Below, one piece after another: positions 48,633 through 58,791 of a stretch of DNA of 64,000 bases. The notes beneath the pieces were generated by a model, which was not told the DNA's origin, made no database searches, and saw nothing but the letters and a program-made list of their open reading frames with translations. The stretch is taken from IMG/VR virus record IMGVR_UViG_3300010002_000004; one strand, written 5' to 3'. Made by a program: the position numbers and the translations under genes. Origin of the DNA: a virus. Positions within the stretch are counted from its first letter, which is position 1. Every line of letters begins with the position of its first letter.

Positions 48633-49247
48633 ATGCCGAAAGTGTTCCGAAAGAAAAGCGAGTCAGTCAGCACGACGACGAAAAGCAAACCGAAGTTCCG
48701 CAAGAAAACACGGGAAGCGAGTTACAACGCCACCCAACTCCAGAACGACGTGCTTGAGTTAGCCACCGTCAAGTCACAAATTAAATTGCTCCAGACCCGG
48801 GAAACGGAATTGAAGAATCGGGTAAGCACGGGAGTCGAGACGCATGTCGAAGCCGATTCCGTCGGACACTTCACTTACCCCGTCATCAATGCCGAGGGGA
48901 AGAAGCTCTATTTCCAAAAGCAGGCCCGGACGAAAGTTTCCCTCAACAAAGAAAGGCTCCGAGAGTTGCTTGAGGAAAAGGGAATGACCCGGGAAGTATT
49001 CATCCCCGTTCAACAAGTCGCCCCGGAAGTGACGCAAGACCAGTTGATTGAAATTCTGGAGAATCACGCTCCGCATTACCTAGACACGATTGAGGTAGTG
49101 GACGATGGTAATCTCGAACAGTTGATGCTTGCCGGGGAAATCGAGGACAAAGAGTTCGAGTCCGTCCTCGACAAAAACACGACCTACGCCCACACATTCG
49201 TTGATGCGAAGCTGATTGAGAAAGACGAGGAAACCCCCGAACGCTAA
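48633..49247 (+). CDS. hypothetical protein
   Basis: ATG 48633 after AGGGGG and downstream of the promoter. Confidence 0.7.
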   Translation: MPKVFRKKSESVSTTTKSKPKFRKKTREASYNATQLQNDVLELATVKSQIKLLQTRETELKNRVSTGVETHVEADSVGHFTYPVINAEGKKLYFQKQARTKVSLNKERLRELLEEKGMTREVFIPVQQVAPEVTQDQLIEILENHAPHYLDTIEVVDDGNLEQLMLAGEIEDKEFESVLDKNTTYAHTFVDAKLIEKDEETPER

Positions 49248-49264
49248 AGAGAGGAGAAATTGAA

Positions 49265-49609
49265 ATGCCCTTTGACCAGAACGGCTCCATTTACAGTTAT
49301 AAAGGACGGGACGTCGTACTGTACCCCGTTTCCCGATTGACGAAAGCATTATCGGAAGCAGGATACCCCCGCTCCGTCCAGACGATTCGTCTATGGGAAG
49401 CGAACAACGTTATGCCCCCAACGATTTTCCGTGTCGGTAATAAACGCATGTACACCCAAGAACAGATTGACGTCATCACGGCTGTTGCAGTCGAATGTAA
49501 TATCACGCAAGGCGCACGTATCGAACTCACGGGATTCCCGGAACGAGTGTATGAGGAACTGGAAGCACTCCACGCTAAGTACAATAGCCGGGAGCCTCAA
49601 CTATCATAG
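49265..49609 (+). CDS. MerR-like HTH DNA-binding protein
   Basis: RSVQTIRLWE....P.......RMYT. Confidence 0.75.
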   Translation: MPFDQNGSIYSYKGRDVVLYPVSRLTKALSEAGYPRSVQTIRLWEANNVMPPTIFRVGNKRMYTQEQIDVITAVAVECNITQGARIELTGFPERVYEELEALHAKYNSREPQLS

Positions 49610-49631
49610 TATCTAAAAGGAGAATTCAATC

Positions 49632-50006
49632 ATGGCAAGAATCGTAAAAAAGAAATCAGTAGACAATACCGCACCCAAACGAGTGAAGCGTCCTATTACC
49701 ATTAAGAACGGGAGAGACCCGGATACTTATACTGAGGTTTCCCACGACCCTCGCTTTACTGCCGGGGACGCTCCCATTCCATCTAACGTCAAGCCACCTC
49801 CGGGGAAAGTTGTCATCGGAGTCACGAACGGAGTCCGTTATGGAGTTCCCGGTTCTTATAGTAGCGTGAACGTAGACCTCACGATTCACCGAGTCGTCGA
49901 GGATGAGGAGCAGGAAATTCACGACGAGATGCGAGTCATGTCTAGTATGTTGCAAAAAGAAATCGAAATCCAAGTCGAGGAGCTCCTGGAGTTCTTTGGC
50001 GATTGA
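49632..50006 (+). CDS. hypothetical protein
   Basis: RBS AAGGAG; followed by a terminator hairpin at 50010-50037. Confidence 0.7.
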   Translation: MARIVKKKSVDNTAPKRVKRPITIKNGRDPDTYTEVSHDPRFTAGDAPIPSNVKPPPGKVVIGVTNGVRYGVPGSYSSVNVDLTIHRVVEDEEQEIHDEMRVMSSMLQKEIEIQVEELLEFFGD

Positions 50007-50117
50007 CCTGCCGGGAGTGAAATCCCGGTTTTTCTTTGCCGAAAACCCCGGAACGAGCGTTTTTACAGGTATCCGTCGATTCCTTAAAAATAGGAAACTA
50101 GAGATTGAAAATTAACC

Positions 50118-50146
50118 TTGACGGATATATTTTATTTACCTATACT
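50118..50146 (+). promoter_or_regulatory. sigmaA-like promoter
   Basis: TTGACG-N17-TATACT. Confidence 0.75.
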
Positions 50147-50189
50147 GAAACAGCAAGCCAACAACACATGACACAAGGAGTCGATTTAA

Positions 50190-50708
50190 ATGAGCCGAAG
50201 AGACCTCATGGATGATTTATTTGGAACACCCTCAATGGAATCATTGGAGACCGTGAACAAGCGTCTACGAGCCAAGCGGGGGAAGAAGAGTTCCGTCCCT
50301 CAATGGGAAACACTCAAGATGAAGTTCGGGGAGCTCTACCAACAAGTGAACGGACGCCCCTACATCTTTGCGAACAGCTACAATGAGAAGAACACCCTGG
50401 AGAACCTCGTCAAGCTATTTGGCGACAAGCCCGATTTGATGAACGCTATCGTCGAGTTCTATTTCCTTAGTGGACAGACGAAGATTCCTCTTAATCAAGT
50501 GACTATCTTCCACATGAAGGGGGGATGGCTTAACGGATTGAGTATTGATGCGGAAGCGTACCTAAATGGTACATACACTCCTCAACAAGGGGAGAAGAAA
50601 CGGAACCGGGAGTGGATTCCCGCTCCTGTTACTGCCGTCGCTTCCGAGAAAGCCCCGAGCCAATCGAAACCGAACACGACTAAACGGAAGAGACGGAATC
50701 TCCTATGA
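50190..50708 (+). CDS. hypothetical protein, possible replication initiator by position
   Basis: Directly precedes the helicase loader. Confidence 0.55.
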   Translation: MSRRDLMDDLFGTPSMESLETVNKRLRAKRGKKSSVPQWETLKMKFGELYQQVNGRPYIFANSYNEKNTLENLVKLFGDKPDLMNAIVEFYFLSGQTKIPLNQVTIFHMKGGWLNGLSIDAEAYLNGTYTPQQGEKKRNREWIPAPVTAVASEKAPSQSKPNTTKRKRRNLL

Positions 50709-51364
50709 TAGAGCCCGTCAATCCGAGACGACCGATTCGGGAAAGATTGAGCCGGGAAGCAATGCTCTTGAAAGGCATCCCTTCCGAGTTCATGGATGCA
50801 GACCTGGACGATTTTCTCATGGATGAGGATTTCAGAGTGATTATCACGAACTACATCAAGCATCTACCCGAGATGAGGGAAAAGAAGGCTAATTTCCTAT
50901 TCTATGGAGCGAACGGGACGGGGAAGACCCACCTTTCCTCCATCATCATTAGGGAAGCATATCGACAGCGTTATACGTCGATGCGAGTGACCGTTAAGGA
51001 ATACATTCAGATGCAGTTCGAACGGGATGACGAGAATATCCGGGACAAGATTAACAAGGTCAAGGATTGTGACTTCCTCGTTCTCGACGAACTGGGAAAA
51101 GAGGTATTCGGGAAAGCAAGTCACAATATCACGGAAGTCGAGGAATTGCTTAGACTACGGGATACCGCAGGACGCCCGACCATCATCTGTACGAACCTTC
51201 CTTTGGAGGGGGAGGATGGGATTCAAGGGAATTATGGCGGAAGTATTTACTCCCTCGTGAATGGGAACTACCTCAAGGAGCTTTTTGAGGGACAGGACTT
51301 GCGGAAACGCACGACCAACGACCGGGGAATATTAGATTTATTGGAGGAGGGACTCGAAGAATGA
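50705..51364 (+). CDS. DnaC/IstB-like helicase loader ATPase
   Basis: GANGTGKT, LVLDELGKE, PTIICTN. Confidence 0.88.
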   Translation: MIEPVNPRRPIRERLSREAMLLKGIPSEFMDADLDDFLMDEDFRVIITNYIKHLPEMREKKANFLFYGANGTGKTHLSSIIIREAYRQRYTSMRVTVKEYIQMQFERDDENIRDKINKVKDCDFLVLDELGKEVFGKASHNITEVEELLRLRDTAGRPTIICTNLPLEGEDGIQGNYGGSIYSLVNGNYLKELFEGQDLRKRTTNDRGILDLLEEGLEE

Positions 51365-51750
51365 TAGGGGGAAACCTTTCAAATCGGGTAAATAATTTTA
51401 TTGTGTTCGATTCAGAGCTCTTGTACACGAAGAGAGTTCCGAAGTGGCGTATCTCATTACGAATGGGGAAGAATGAATATCATCACGAGTTCATCCGTTA
51501 CCTGTTCAATCTGTTTAGCCGGAACAATCATCTGAGTATTGCGATGTTCTGTTTCAAGAGCGAGAAGGAATCTCTCGATGAGCTTATCGAAGAGTATCGG
51601 CTTCCCGTTACGCAAGTGTTCACCATCGACGACTATGAGGACTTGAAGAACTTACCCGTCATCGTCGAGCGTCTGATTAGCAACGAGATGACCGTCCTCC
51701 GAACCGTGAACCGTTCATTGGATTATGGCTCGTGTAAGGGGATTTACTGA
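51361..51750 (+). CDS. hypothetical protein
   Basis: Coupled ORF with RBS GGAGG. Confidence 0.65.
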   Translation: MIGGNLSNRVNNFIVFDSELLYTKRVPKWRISLRMGKNEYHHEFIRYLFNLFSRNNHLSIAMFCFKSEKESLDELIEEYRLPVTQVFTIDDYEDLKNLPVIVERLISNEMTVLRTVNRSLDYGSCKGIY

Positions 51751-53090
51751 TGTCCGAAGAATTCTATGACGAACCGGAATTTGAGTACGAGCATCCGGAA
51801 GTTGCCCTGCTTGCGAAAATACTGCATACGGGGAAAATGGATGTCGTAACGGATAAACAGATTACGCACCGCTTCTTTGTTGGCTCTTATAAGCGGATTT
51901 TCAACGTCATCACGAACCATCAACTCAATTACGGGAAAGTCCCGGACTTGAATACCATCGCCACCCGGTTCCCCGACGTGTTCGAGAAGAATCCGGAGAT
52001 GGGAGAATACGAACCACCCGAGCCCCTGGAGTTCTATTGTGATGAAGTCCGGGAACGGATGAAGGAACGTACCCTTGCCCGGGGATTGACGGAATCGGCA
52101 GAGTTGATGCAGAACGAGGATTCCGCAGAAGCACATAAGGCGATGCAACGAGTCCTGTTAGAAATCGAGAATGACATCGTACTTTCCGAACGACAGGAAG
52201 TCGGCAGGGATACGGAGAAACGTCTCGCTCGATACGAGGAGCGGAAACTGACGGGAGGACTATCCGGAATCATGTCCGGGATTCCTTCCCTCGACCGTAT
52301 CACCCGGGGATTCCACAACGGGGAACTATCCGCTATCATGGGATACACGGGAACCGGGAAGACCTGGGCTCTCCTCATCATTGCCGTTTATATGGCGAGA
52401 CAGGGATATAGAGTCCTTGTGATGACGACCGAGATGTCCGTAGATAAGATGATGGACAGGATAGATGCTATCGGAGCCGGAATTGGCTATTCCCGATTCA
52501 TGTCCGGAGTTCTTACGATGGAAGAGGAACAACGTTACAAGTCATTCCTGGAAGAGCGGGAAGACGACCCCGATTTCCACCTCATCGTCGAACAGGCGAC
52601 TGCGGGAGTCACACAAATATCTGCTAAGATTGAACAGCACAAACCGGAGATTGCTTTCATTGATGGAGCGTACCTGTTAGAGAACGATTCCGCCACGGAG
52701 CGGAGTTCGGGGGAAGACTGGAGCACCGTCTTGAAAGTGTACCGAGACCTTCACAAGCTATGTCTGGCGAAAGACATTCCGATTGCCACGACGACACAGT
52801 CGAAGGAACGGGAAATCTCCATCGGGGGAGCTTCATTCGCCCGAGCCATCGCCAACGAGCTCGACCTCTTCATCGGATTAGAGCAGGATGACGAGATGAA
52901 GTTCGATAAGGAAATGCGGTGGAAGCTCTTGAAACTCCGGGACGGGGATATTACGACTCGTGGTATTCTGACCGAGTGGGACTGGAGCGAGATGAAGTAC
53001 GGAGAGATTTATGCCGAGACCTCGTCGGGGGATGAGGATTCGGGAGACCGTGTAGGAAAAGGATTCGACCGCAAGAAAAAAACCGCCTAA
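51750..53090 (+). CDS. replicative DnaB-like helicase
   Basis: G..SG..SLD..T.G, GYTGTGKT, EMS, FIDG.YL, KLRDG. Confidence 0.9.
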   Translation: MSEEFYDEPEFEYEHPEVALLAKILHTGKMDVVTDKQITHRFFVGSYKRIFNVITNHQLNYGKVPDLNTIATRFPDVFEKNPEMGEYEPPEPLEFYCDEVRERMKERTLARGLTESAELMQNEDSAEAHKAMQRVLLEIENDIVLSERQEVGRDTEKRLARYEERKLTGGLSGIMSGIPSLDRITRGFHNGELSAIMGYTGTGKTWALLIIAVYMARQGYRVLVMTTEMSVDKMMDRIDAIGAGIGYSRFMSGVLTMEEEQRYKSFLEEREDDPDFHLIVEQATAGVTQISAKIEQHKPEIAFIDGAYLLENDSATERSSGEDWSTVLKVYRDLHKLCLAKDIPIATTTQSKEREISIGGASFARAIANELDLFIGLEQDDEMKFDKEMRWKLLKLRDGDITTRGILTEWDWSEMKYGEIYAETSSGDEDSGDRVGKGFDRKKKTA

Positions 53091-53110
53091 AGGCAGAGGA
53101 GATTACTCAG

Positions 53111-53332
53111 ATGACTAAAACTGAACGTAATAAAGAAGCAATGGAATTCGTACCTACAATGAAACCAATCAAACGCTCGAAGGAAGACTCACCCGTGAAA
53201 GCATCATCAACGCCCCGCCGAGTGACTCGTGACCGTGCGCCTGGCTTGCCTAGCTACACGAACATGACAGCCGATTCGAACATGACATACCAAGACTACG
53301 CAGAGATGCGGGAACGTCGCCAGAACATCTAA
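53111..53332 (+). CDS. hypothetical protein
   Basis: RBS GAGGAG; followed by a terminator hairpin. Confidence 0.65.
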   Translation: MTKTERNKEAMEFVPTMKPIKRSKEDSPVKASSTPRRVTRDRAPGLPSYTNMTADSNMTYQDYAEMRERRQNI

Positions 53333-53386
53333 ACAGGCAGGGGAAGGGGAACATTCCCTTTCCTCTTTTTCTTAGGAGGGAACAGG

Positions 53387-54421
53387 ATGAACATTTCAGA
53401 AGTCAAGGAAGTGCTCCAGGAGTTAGACCTGGGACACAAGATGAAACAGGTGTCGGGATACAAGGGGGAGAACATCATGTTCCTTTGCCCGTACCACGGG
53501 GAAGTCAATAATCCTTCCGCAGGTATTCTCGTCACACCGACCGGGGGAGCGTATGGACAGTGTTTCGGATGCGGGGAGAAGTTCACGATTGAGAAACTCT
53601 ATGCCGACGGGAAGGACATCACGTTCCTCCAGGCGCAGGATGAGCTTGCGGAACGATTCGGGATGGAAGTCCGGATTCCCAACATCGAGGGACTCATCAT
53701 GGAAGGAAGACGAGCCCGGAAGACGGGAGGGAAACGTCCTAAGTTTACGTTAGAGCATACCTATATCGCCCCATTCAAATCGGGTAAGGAAACCCACGAG
53801 TACTTTTACGAGCGGGGATTCACGGAAGAGACGATGAAGGAGTGCCGTATCGGATGGGACAAGAAGCGGAAGAGAATCACGATTCCGATTTTCCACCGGG
53901 ACGGAAGTATCTTAGGCGTCATCGGACGAGCCATCATTAGTAACGAGAAATCACGGGAATACAAAAAGATGTATGGCACGGAGCCAAAGTATTTCATCTA
54001 TGAACGATTCCCCGTCGAACAAGCCCTGTTCGGATGCCACGAGTTCCCGAAGGGGGAGAAGAGCGCTATCCTCGTCGAGGGGAGCCTGGATAGGCTTAAA
54101 ATGCGTCAGATGGGATACATGAACACTCTCTCCATGTTGACTTCCCATATCACCCGCAACGGACAGCAGGTGGACATCCTCAAGAGCCTGGGAGTCAAGA
54201 ACGTCTACTTCTTCCACGATAACGACAAAGCAGGGGAAGAGGGTAAAGTTTCGACCTACCATCAACTCAAGAAGGAATTCATGTGTTTCGACGTCGAGTA
54301 TCCGGAGGGCAAGAAAGACCCGGACGAGTTAGAGATGGATGACGTCGAGGATATGCTCCAGTTTGCGAAACTCTATGTCCCGCCCAAGCAGGTGAAAAAG
54401 GAACGTAAACGCCTTAAATAA
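53387..54421 (+). CDS. DNA primase
   Basis: CPYH...CFGC Zn finger, RITIPI, KY, TOPRIM VEG..D and DND.AG, KDP. Confidence 0.92.
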   Translation: MNISEVKEVLQELDLGHKMKQVSGYKGENIMFLCPYHGEVNNPSAGILVTPTGGAYGQCFGCGEKFTIEKLYADGKDITFLQAQDELAERFGMEVRIPNIEGLIMEGRRARKTGGKRPKFTLEHTYIAPFKSGKETHEYFYERGFTEETMKECRIGWDKKRKRITIPIFHRDGSILGVIGRAIISNEKSREYKKMYGTEPKYFIYERFPVEQALFGCHEFPKGEKSAILVEGSLDRLKMRQMGYMNTLSMLTSHITRNGQQVDILKSLGVKNVYFFHDNDKAGEEGKVSTYHQLKKEFMCFDVEYPEGKKDPDELEMDDVEDMLQFAKLYVPPKQVKKERKRLK

Positions 54422-54426
54422 GGGAG

Positions 54427-54455
54427 TTGACATCCCGTTTCAAACCGATTATAGT
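54427..54455 (+). promoter_or_regulatory. sigmaA-like promoter
   Basis: TTGACA-N17-TATAGT. Confidence 0.8.
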
Positions 54456-54517
54456 TAAGGAGCGTTCAGAGCAACGTAATTAACCGACGCCCGAAGCGTC
54501 AACAGGAGGAAAACATA

Positions 54518-55441
54518 ATGAGTAACTTTAAACGTCGTGGTGGATTCAAAGCGTTCGAGAAAGAGGAAGAGCGCAAGGAGCAGGAACGGACAACGGGACG
54601 GAATCTGATTTACGGATTATTCCTAAAAGAAGGTCAGCACGATGTTCCGATTCGCTTCTTGACGTCTGAACCGATTCTTGGACATTTCCACTCCGTCCCT
54701 AAAACAGGCGGACGAGGAATGGACGACATCCCATGTACGGGAACAGGATGTGAATTGTGTGCGGAAGGGGAATACCGAGCGTCTATCTCCGGAGGATGGC
54801 TCGTGCTTGACCTCACACCGTGGGAACGTAAGATTCGGAAGGACGGGAAAGAAACTGGGGAAGTAGAAGAAGTTTCCCACAGCGTTCGGATTCTCAAACG
54901 AGGTTCGAAAGACATTGCCGTATATAACCAGAAGAACTCGAAATTCAGCCTTACCGATTACTCATGGGAACTCAGTCGTTTAGGCAAAGATTCCTCCACG
55001 ACGTACTCCATTGAACGGATGGAAAACGAACCACTTTCCGTCGAGGAACAAATGGAATACTTAGAGCTCCTACCGAGAGGACTCTTCAAGTACCTGGAGG
55101 AGAAAGTCGAGGAGCATGGCGGAGTAGATGAAATCGAGCCCGAGGATTTCGAGGACGTGTTGATGGATTTGGTCGAATTCTCTATGTACAAGGATACAGA
55201 AGAGGTCGTCGAGAGTCTGGAGCGTTCGGAAGCGGAATACGAAGCCAACCGCAAAAAGGAACAAGCAGAACCGAAAGCCAAGAAGTTTGGCTCCCGTTCA
55301 AAAACTACCGCTCCCGCTTCAACAGGGAAAAAGAGCTTCCGCTCGAAAGCAAGAGCATCCGGAATCGTCCGGGACGAGGAAGAGGACGAAGCACCGAAGA
55401 AACGTCCCCTTGCTAAAAAGAGACCACTGAAAAAACGTTAA
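54518..55441 (+). CDS. single-stranded DNA-binding protein (T4 gp32-like)
   Basis: LKEG...IRFL, H, C...CELC, R.G...TTY. Confidence 0.7.
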   Translation: MSNFKRRGGFKAFEKEEERKEQERTTGRNLIYGLFLKEGQHDVPIRFLTSEPILGHFHSVPKTGGRGMDDIPCTGTGCELCAEGEYRASISGGWLVLDLTPWERKIRKDGKETGEVEEVSHSVRILKRGSKDIAVYNQKNSKFSLTDYSWELSRLGKDSSTTYSIERMENEPLSVEEQMEYLELLPRGLFKYLEEKVEEHGGVDEIEPEDFEDVLMDLVEFSMYKDTEEVVESLERSEAEYEANRKKEQAEPKAKKFGSRSKTTAPASTGKKSFRSKARASGIVRDEEEDEAPKKRPLAKKRPLKKR

Positions 55442-55472
55442 GCGCAGGGGGTAATTCCCCCTCCTAACAGAC

Positions 55473-55826
55473 ATGGAGGAGAACAGGAGCATGGCACACT
55501 TACAACTAGTTAAGAAAGACGTCGCCAACAAAATGCGAGAGATTGGAATTGAGGGGGAGAAAGTCACCCACGCAAAAGCGGGAGCTTACTTAGACCTCGC
55601 TTTACAATCTATCATGGAAGTTTTGGAGGAAACGTCTAATCATCCGGTTGGGGAGGGGGAGCGGACAGTATCCCGATTATCTCTCGTCAACTTTGGCACG
55701 TATGAAGTCAGACGGACGAAACTCCGGAATCAATATAACCCGAAAGAGAAGACGACGATGCTTGCTCCCCCGAGAAACAAGCTCCTGTTCAAACCAGGTA
55801 AAATGTTTTCAGATTCGATTCTATAA
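55473..55826 (+). CDS. HU/IHF-like DNA-binding protein
   Basis: L.NFGTYEV.....R..YNP......P....FKPGK. Confidence 0.85.
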   Translation: MEENRSMAHLQLVKKDVANKMREIGIEGEKVTHAKAGAYLDLALQSIMEVLEETSNHPVGEGERTVSRLSLVNFGTYEVRRTKLRNQYNPKEKTTMLAPPRNKLLFKPGKMFSDSIL

Positions 55827-55873
55827 TCACTCTTGAGCCCTCTATAATAAGGGGGTGAGAGTGATTTTTTATG

Positions 55874-55902
55874 TTGACTGGAACCTGTCATAATGATACG
55901 CT
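55874..55902 (+). promoter_or_regulatory. sigmaA-like promoter
   Basis: TTGACT-N17-TACGCT. Confidence 0.55.
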
Positions 55903-55933
55903 ATATATGATAAAAGTATAGGGAGGACTATGG

Positions 55934-58225
55934 ATGGAAAGTTTAATCAAGACCCTGGACAACGGGATTATCGCCCCTGTCAAGCCACGGAACACCGGAT
56001 TCGGATTCCTGGGGAACTATGAACCTGTCGAGTCGGATGTCACCGAAAACGCTCGAAAGTACCACAAGGGAGGAGACCGATTCGAGACGGAGTACTGGAG
56101 AGGACGAGTCGTCGATACGCCACACAAGTTAAAGGCACTCGCCAACATTCTGATGAATCTCGAAGCGTTCGCTTTCGATACCGAGTTCACGTCTCTCAAG
56201 ATGGGAGCTCCAGGGTATGCCAACCTCACGGGAGTTTCGATTAGTTTCGGGGAATACAATAACTACTACATTCCTATCCGACACTGGTACGGGGATGAGA
56301 AGGAATTCAAGAACGTTCCGATGAATTACTTCCGGAAAATCATGCAACCCGTTTTCGACCGGACGGACTTGACCCTCGTCGGATATAACCTCAAAGCCGA
56401 GCTACATATCCTAGCGAACGAGGGGATGACCGTTGCGACGAACCTTTTCTACGATGGCATCATTGCAATCCATAACCTATTTGAGGATGAGAAGAGCAAG
56501 AGCATGAAAGAGATTGTCCACAAGTTCTACGGGTACGAGCAGAAGCACTTTGATGCGATTACGAAGACCGTCCCGAAAGCGATTCACGACCTGTACCGGG
56601 ACGAGCTCATCCGTGCGGACAAGAAGCAGAAGTCTACCCTTGCCAATGCTTCGATGATTCTGATTAAGAACATGGCTCCTTATGCGATGGACGACACGTA
56701 CTGGACGTGGAAAATCTGGGAAGACACCGAAGACCCCATCAAGGAAGAGGGAATCGAGACTGTCTTCTATCAACAACACATGAAGTACGTTCGTACCCTG
56801 TTCAACATGGAGAGACGCGGTCTCAAGATTGACATTCCCCGTTTACATGAGATGCGGAACCTGGCGGAGTCAGAACTCATCCGATTAGAATATGAGTTAA
56901 TCGAGATTGCGGGAGTCCAGTTGAATGTAGGGAGCGGGGAACAGCTTGCTCAACTACTCTACGGATGGAAGAAGAAAGTCCCGGTCTACGAGGAAGTGGA
57001 AGTGGAAATCGGAGGGGAATATAAATCCGGCCCACGAAAAGGGATGCCGAAAGTCAAGACCGTCAAGAACAAGGATAGAATCATTCGGCACGAGTATTCC
57101 TTCAATCCCGACATCATCGACGCAAGCTACGGATTCAAGGTCATCAAGCAATCCCCTGCGGGAGCCCCGTCTACGGATGCAGACACGATTTCGAAACTTC
57201 TGCTCCACGAATACAAGCGGGACAAGAAGAAAATCGAGGGACAGGAATTCCTCCGTACCTATCTCAAGTATGCCAAGCTCAAAAAATTGAAATCGGCTTT
57301 CCTTGACGGGATGTTAGTCAACCTCTACCCGGATGGACGGATGCACTCCTCCTTCAATCAGACGGGAACGACGAGCGGACGATTGTCATGTAGCTCCGTC
57401 AACCTTCAACAGATGCCCCGCCCTATCGAGGAGGGGAGCGAGGATGAGGATTATTGGAGACAGTTCGAGATTCGGGCGTTGATGATTGCGGACGATAAGG
57501 AAGAAACGACCTTATTGGCACATGACTTTAGTAACCTGGAAGTCCGGATAGCGACCCACTTCTCGCAAGACCCGCTCCTCATCTCGATGTTCAAGCAGGG
57601 ATTCGACTTGCATGGGGATACGGCGAAGAACATGTTCAAGCTCGACTGCCACCCGAACGAAGTCAAGAAGTTTTTTAAGTCGAAACGGAACCAGGCGAAG
57701 ACTATCAACTTCCTACTCCTTTACGGGGGAAGTCCTTCTGCTCTCGCAGACAATCTCCAGATTACCCGGAAGGAAGCACAAATCCTGTTCGACCTGTACT
57801 TCCAGACATACAAGGGTATGACCCGGATGATGCGGGAAGACAAGAAGTTCGCACGGCAACATGAGTACACACCGACCATCTTAGGACGCAAACGTCACTT
57901 GGAGGGAATCAATTCCCGCCGACAGGAAATCGCTTCCTATAACGAACGACTTGCGACCAATGCGAAAATCCAAGGAAGTGCGGCGGATATTGCAATCAGC
58001 GCTCAGAACCTCATCGAGACGGACGAGTTCCTAATCAAGCGGGGATGTTATCAGTTAGTCCAGGTACACGATGAGATTGTGTCCATCTGTCCGAAGAAGT
58101 ACGAGAAGGAATGTGCGGAACGGATTCAGTACCTCATGGGGAACTGCCTACCGGGGGACGGACTGGAGAACGTCGAGCTTGTCGTAGACTATGATTCTGG
58201 CTACACGTATGCAGATGCGAAATAA
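55934..58225 (+). CDS. polA: family A DNA polymerase with 3'-5' exonuclease
   Basis: FDTE, YA..D, TTSGRLS, NLQ, DFSNLEVR, R..AKTINF..LYG, IQGSAAD, VHDE. Confidence 0.96.
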   Translation: MESLIKTLDNGIIAPVKPRNTGFGFLGNYEPVESDVTENARKYHKGGDRFETEYWRGRVVDTPHKLKALANILMNLEAFAFDTEFTSLKMGAPGYANLTGVSISFGEYNNYYIPIRHWYGDEKEFKNVPMNYFRKIMQPVFDRTDLTLVGYNLKAELHILANEGMTVATNLFYDGIIAIHNLFEDEKSKSMKEIVHKFYGYEQKHFDAITKTVPKAIHDLYRDELIRADKKQKSTLANASMILIKNMAPYAMDDTYWTWKIWEDTEDPIKEEGIETVFYQQHMKYVRTLFNMERRGLKIDIPRLHEMRNLAESELIRLEYELIEIAGVQLNVGSGEQLAQLLYGWKKKVPVYEEVEVEIGGEYKSGPRKGMPKVKTVKNKDRIIRHEYSFNPDIIDASYGFKVIKQSPAGAPSTDADTISKLLLHEYKRDKKKIEGQEFLRTYLKYAKLKKLKSAFLDGMLVNLYPDGRMHSSFNQTGTTSGRLSCSSVNLQQMPRPIEEGSEDEDYWRQFEIRALMIADDKEETTLLAHDFSNLEVRIATHFSQDPLLISMFKQGFDLHGDTAKNMFKLDCHPNEVKKFFKSKRNQAKTINFLLLYGGSPSALADNLQITRKEAQILFDLYFQTYKGMTRMMREDKKFARQHEYTPTILGRKRHLEGINSRRQEIASYNERLATNAKIQGSAADIAISAQNLIETDEFLIKRGCYQLVQVHDEIVSICPKKYEKECAERIQYLMGNCLPGDGLENVELVVDYDSGYTYADAK

Positions 58226-58237
58226 GGGGGATTTTTT

Positions 58238-58573
58238 GTGAGAACGAAGGAAGAGAAGTTGAGTTTGTTGAAAGGCGCACAGGATGAGATTAACCTCGTC
58301 CTCCACGGGAACAAGTCGCAGGACGTGAAGGAAGTCTATCTGAAAAACGCCGTCCGGTTCATCGGATACGTGATGGAGGACATGCAACAACCCTTTACGG
58401 AAGAGCGTCATCAGATACTAAAGCGAGTGAGTCACCGTGTGACGGATAAGGCGTATTTTCTGACGTTATCCTACACGACGACGTTCAATCAGTTTATGAA
58501 CGAGGAAGAGAAAGAGGGCGTTTCCTTTGAGGAGCTCCTACCCTATCTATACATCGGAGGAAAATTACAATGA
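58238..58573 (+). CDS. hypothetical protein
   Basis: GTG after AAGGGGG. Confidence 0.6.
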   Translation: MRTKEEKLSLLKGAQDEINLVLHGNKSQDVKEVYLKNAVRFIGYVMEDMQQPFTEERHQILKRVSHRVTDKAYFLTLSYTTTFNQFMNEEEKEGVSFEELLPYLYIGGKLQ

Positions 58574-58779
58574 CAAATGAAGCATTGAAAGCAAGTATCG
58601 AGCGACAAATCAACAACCTACGCAAGGACATCGACATTGCAGAAGCGACGATGGACAAGAAAGTGGCGAACGCAGAAGGATTCGAGGGAAAGAAACAAGC
58701 GATGGACGAATTCGAACTGGAGAAGGGGAACCTTGAGTTCCGGATTAGCGAAGTAGAGAAACAGCTCGCCAAACTGTAA
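58570..58779 (+). CDS. small coiled-coil protein
   Basis: RBS GGAGG. Confidence 0.65.
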   Translation: MTNEALKASIERQINNLRKDIDIAEATMDKKVANAEGFEGKKQAMDEFELEKGNLEFRISEVEKQLAKL

Positions 58780-58791
58780 GGGGGAACCAAC

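Noticed and set aside
55934..58225. Intron or intein in DNA polymerase (also checked terminase, DnaB and RecA)
   Set aside because: The ORFs are continuous, of ordinary length, and show no intein splice motifs.
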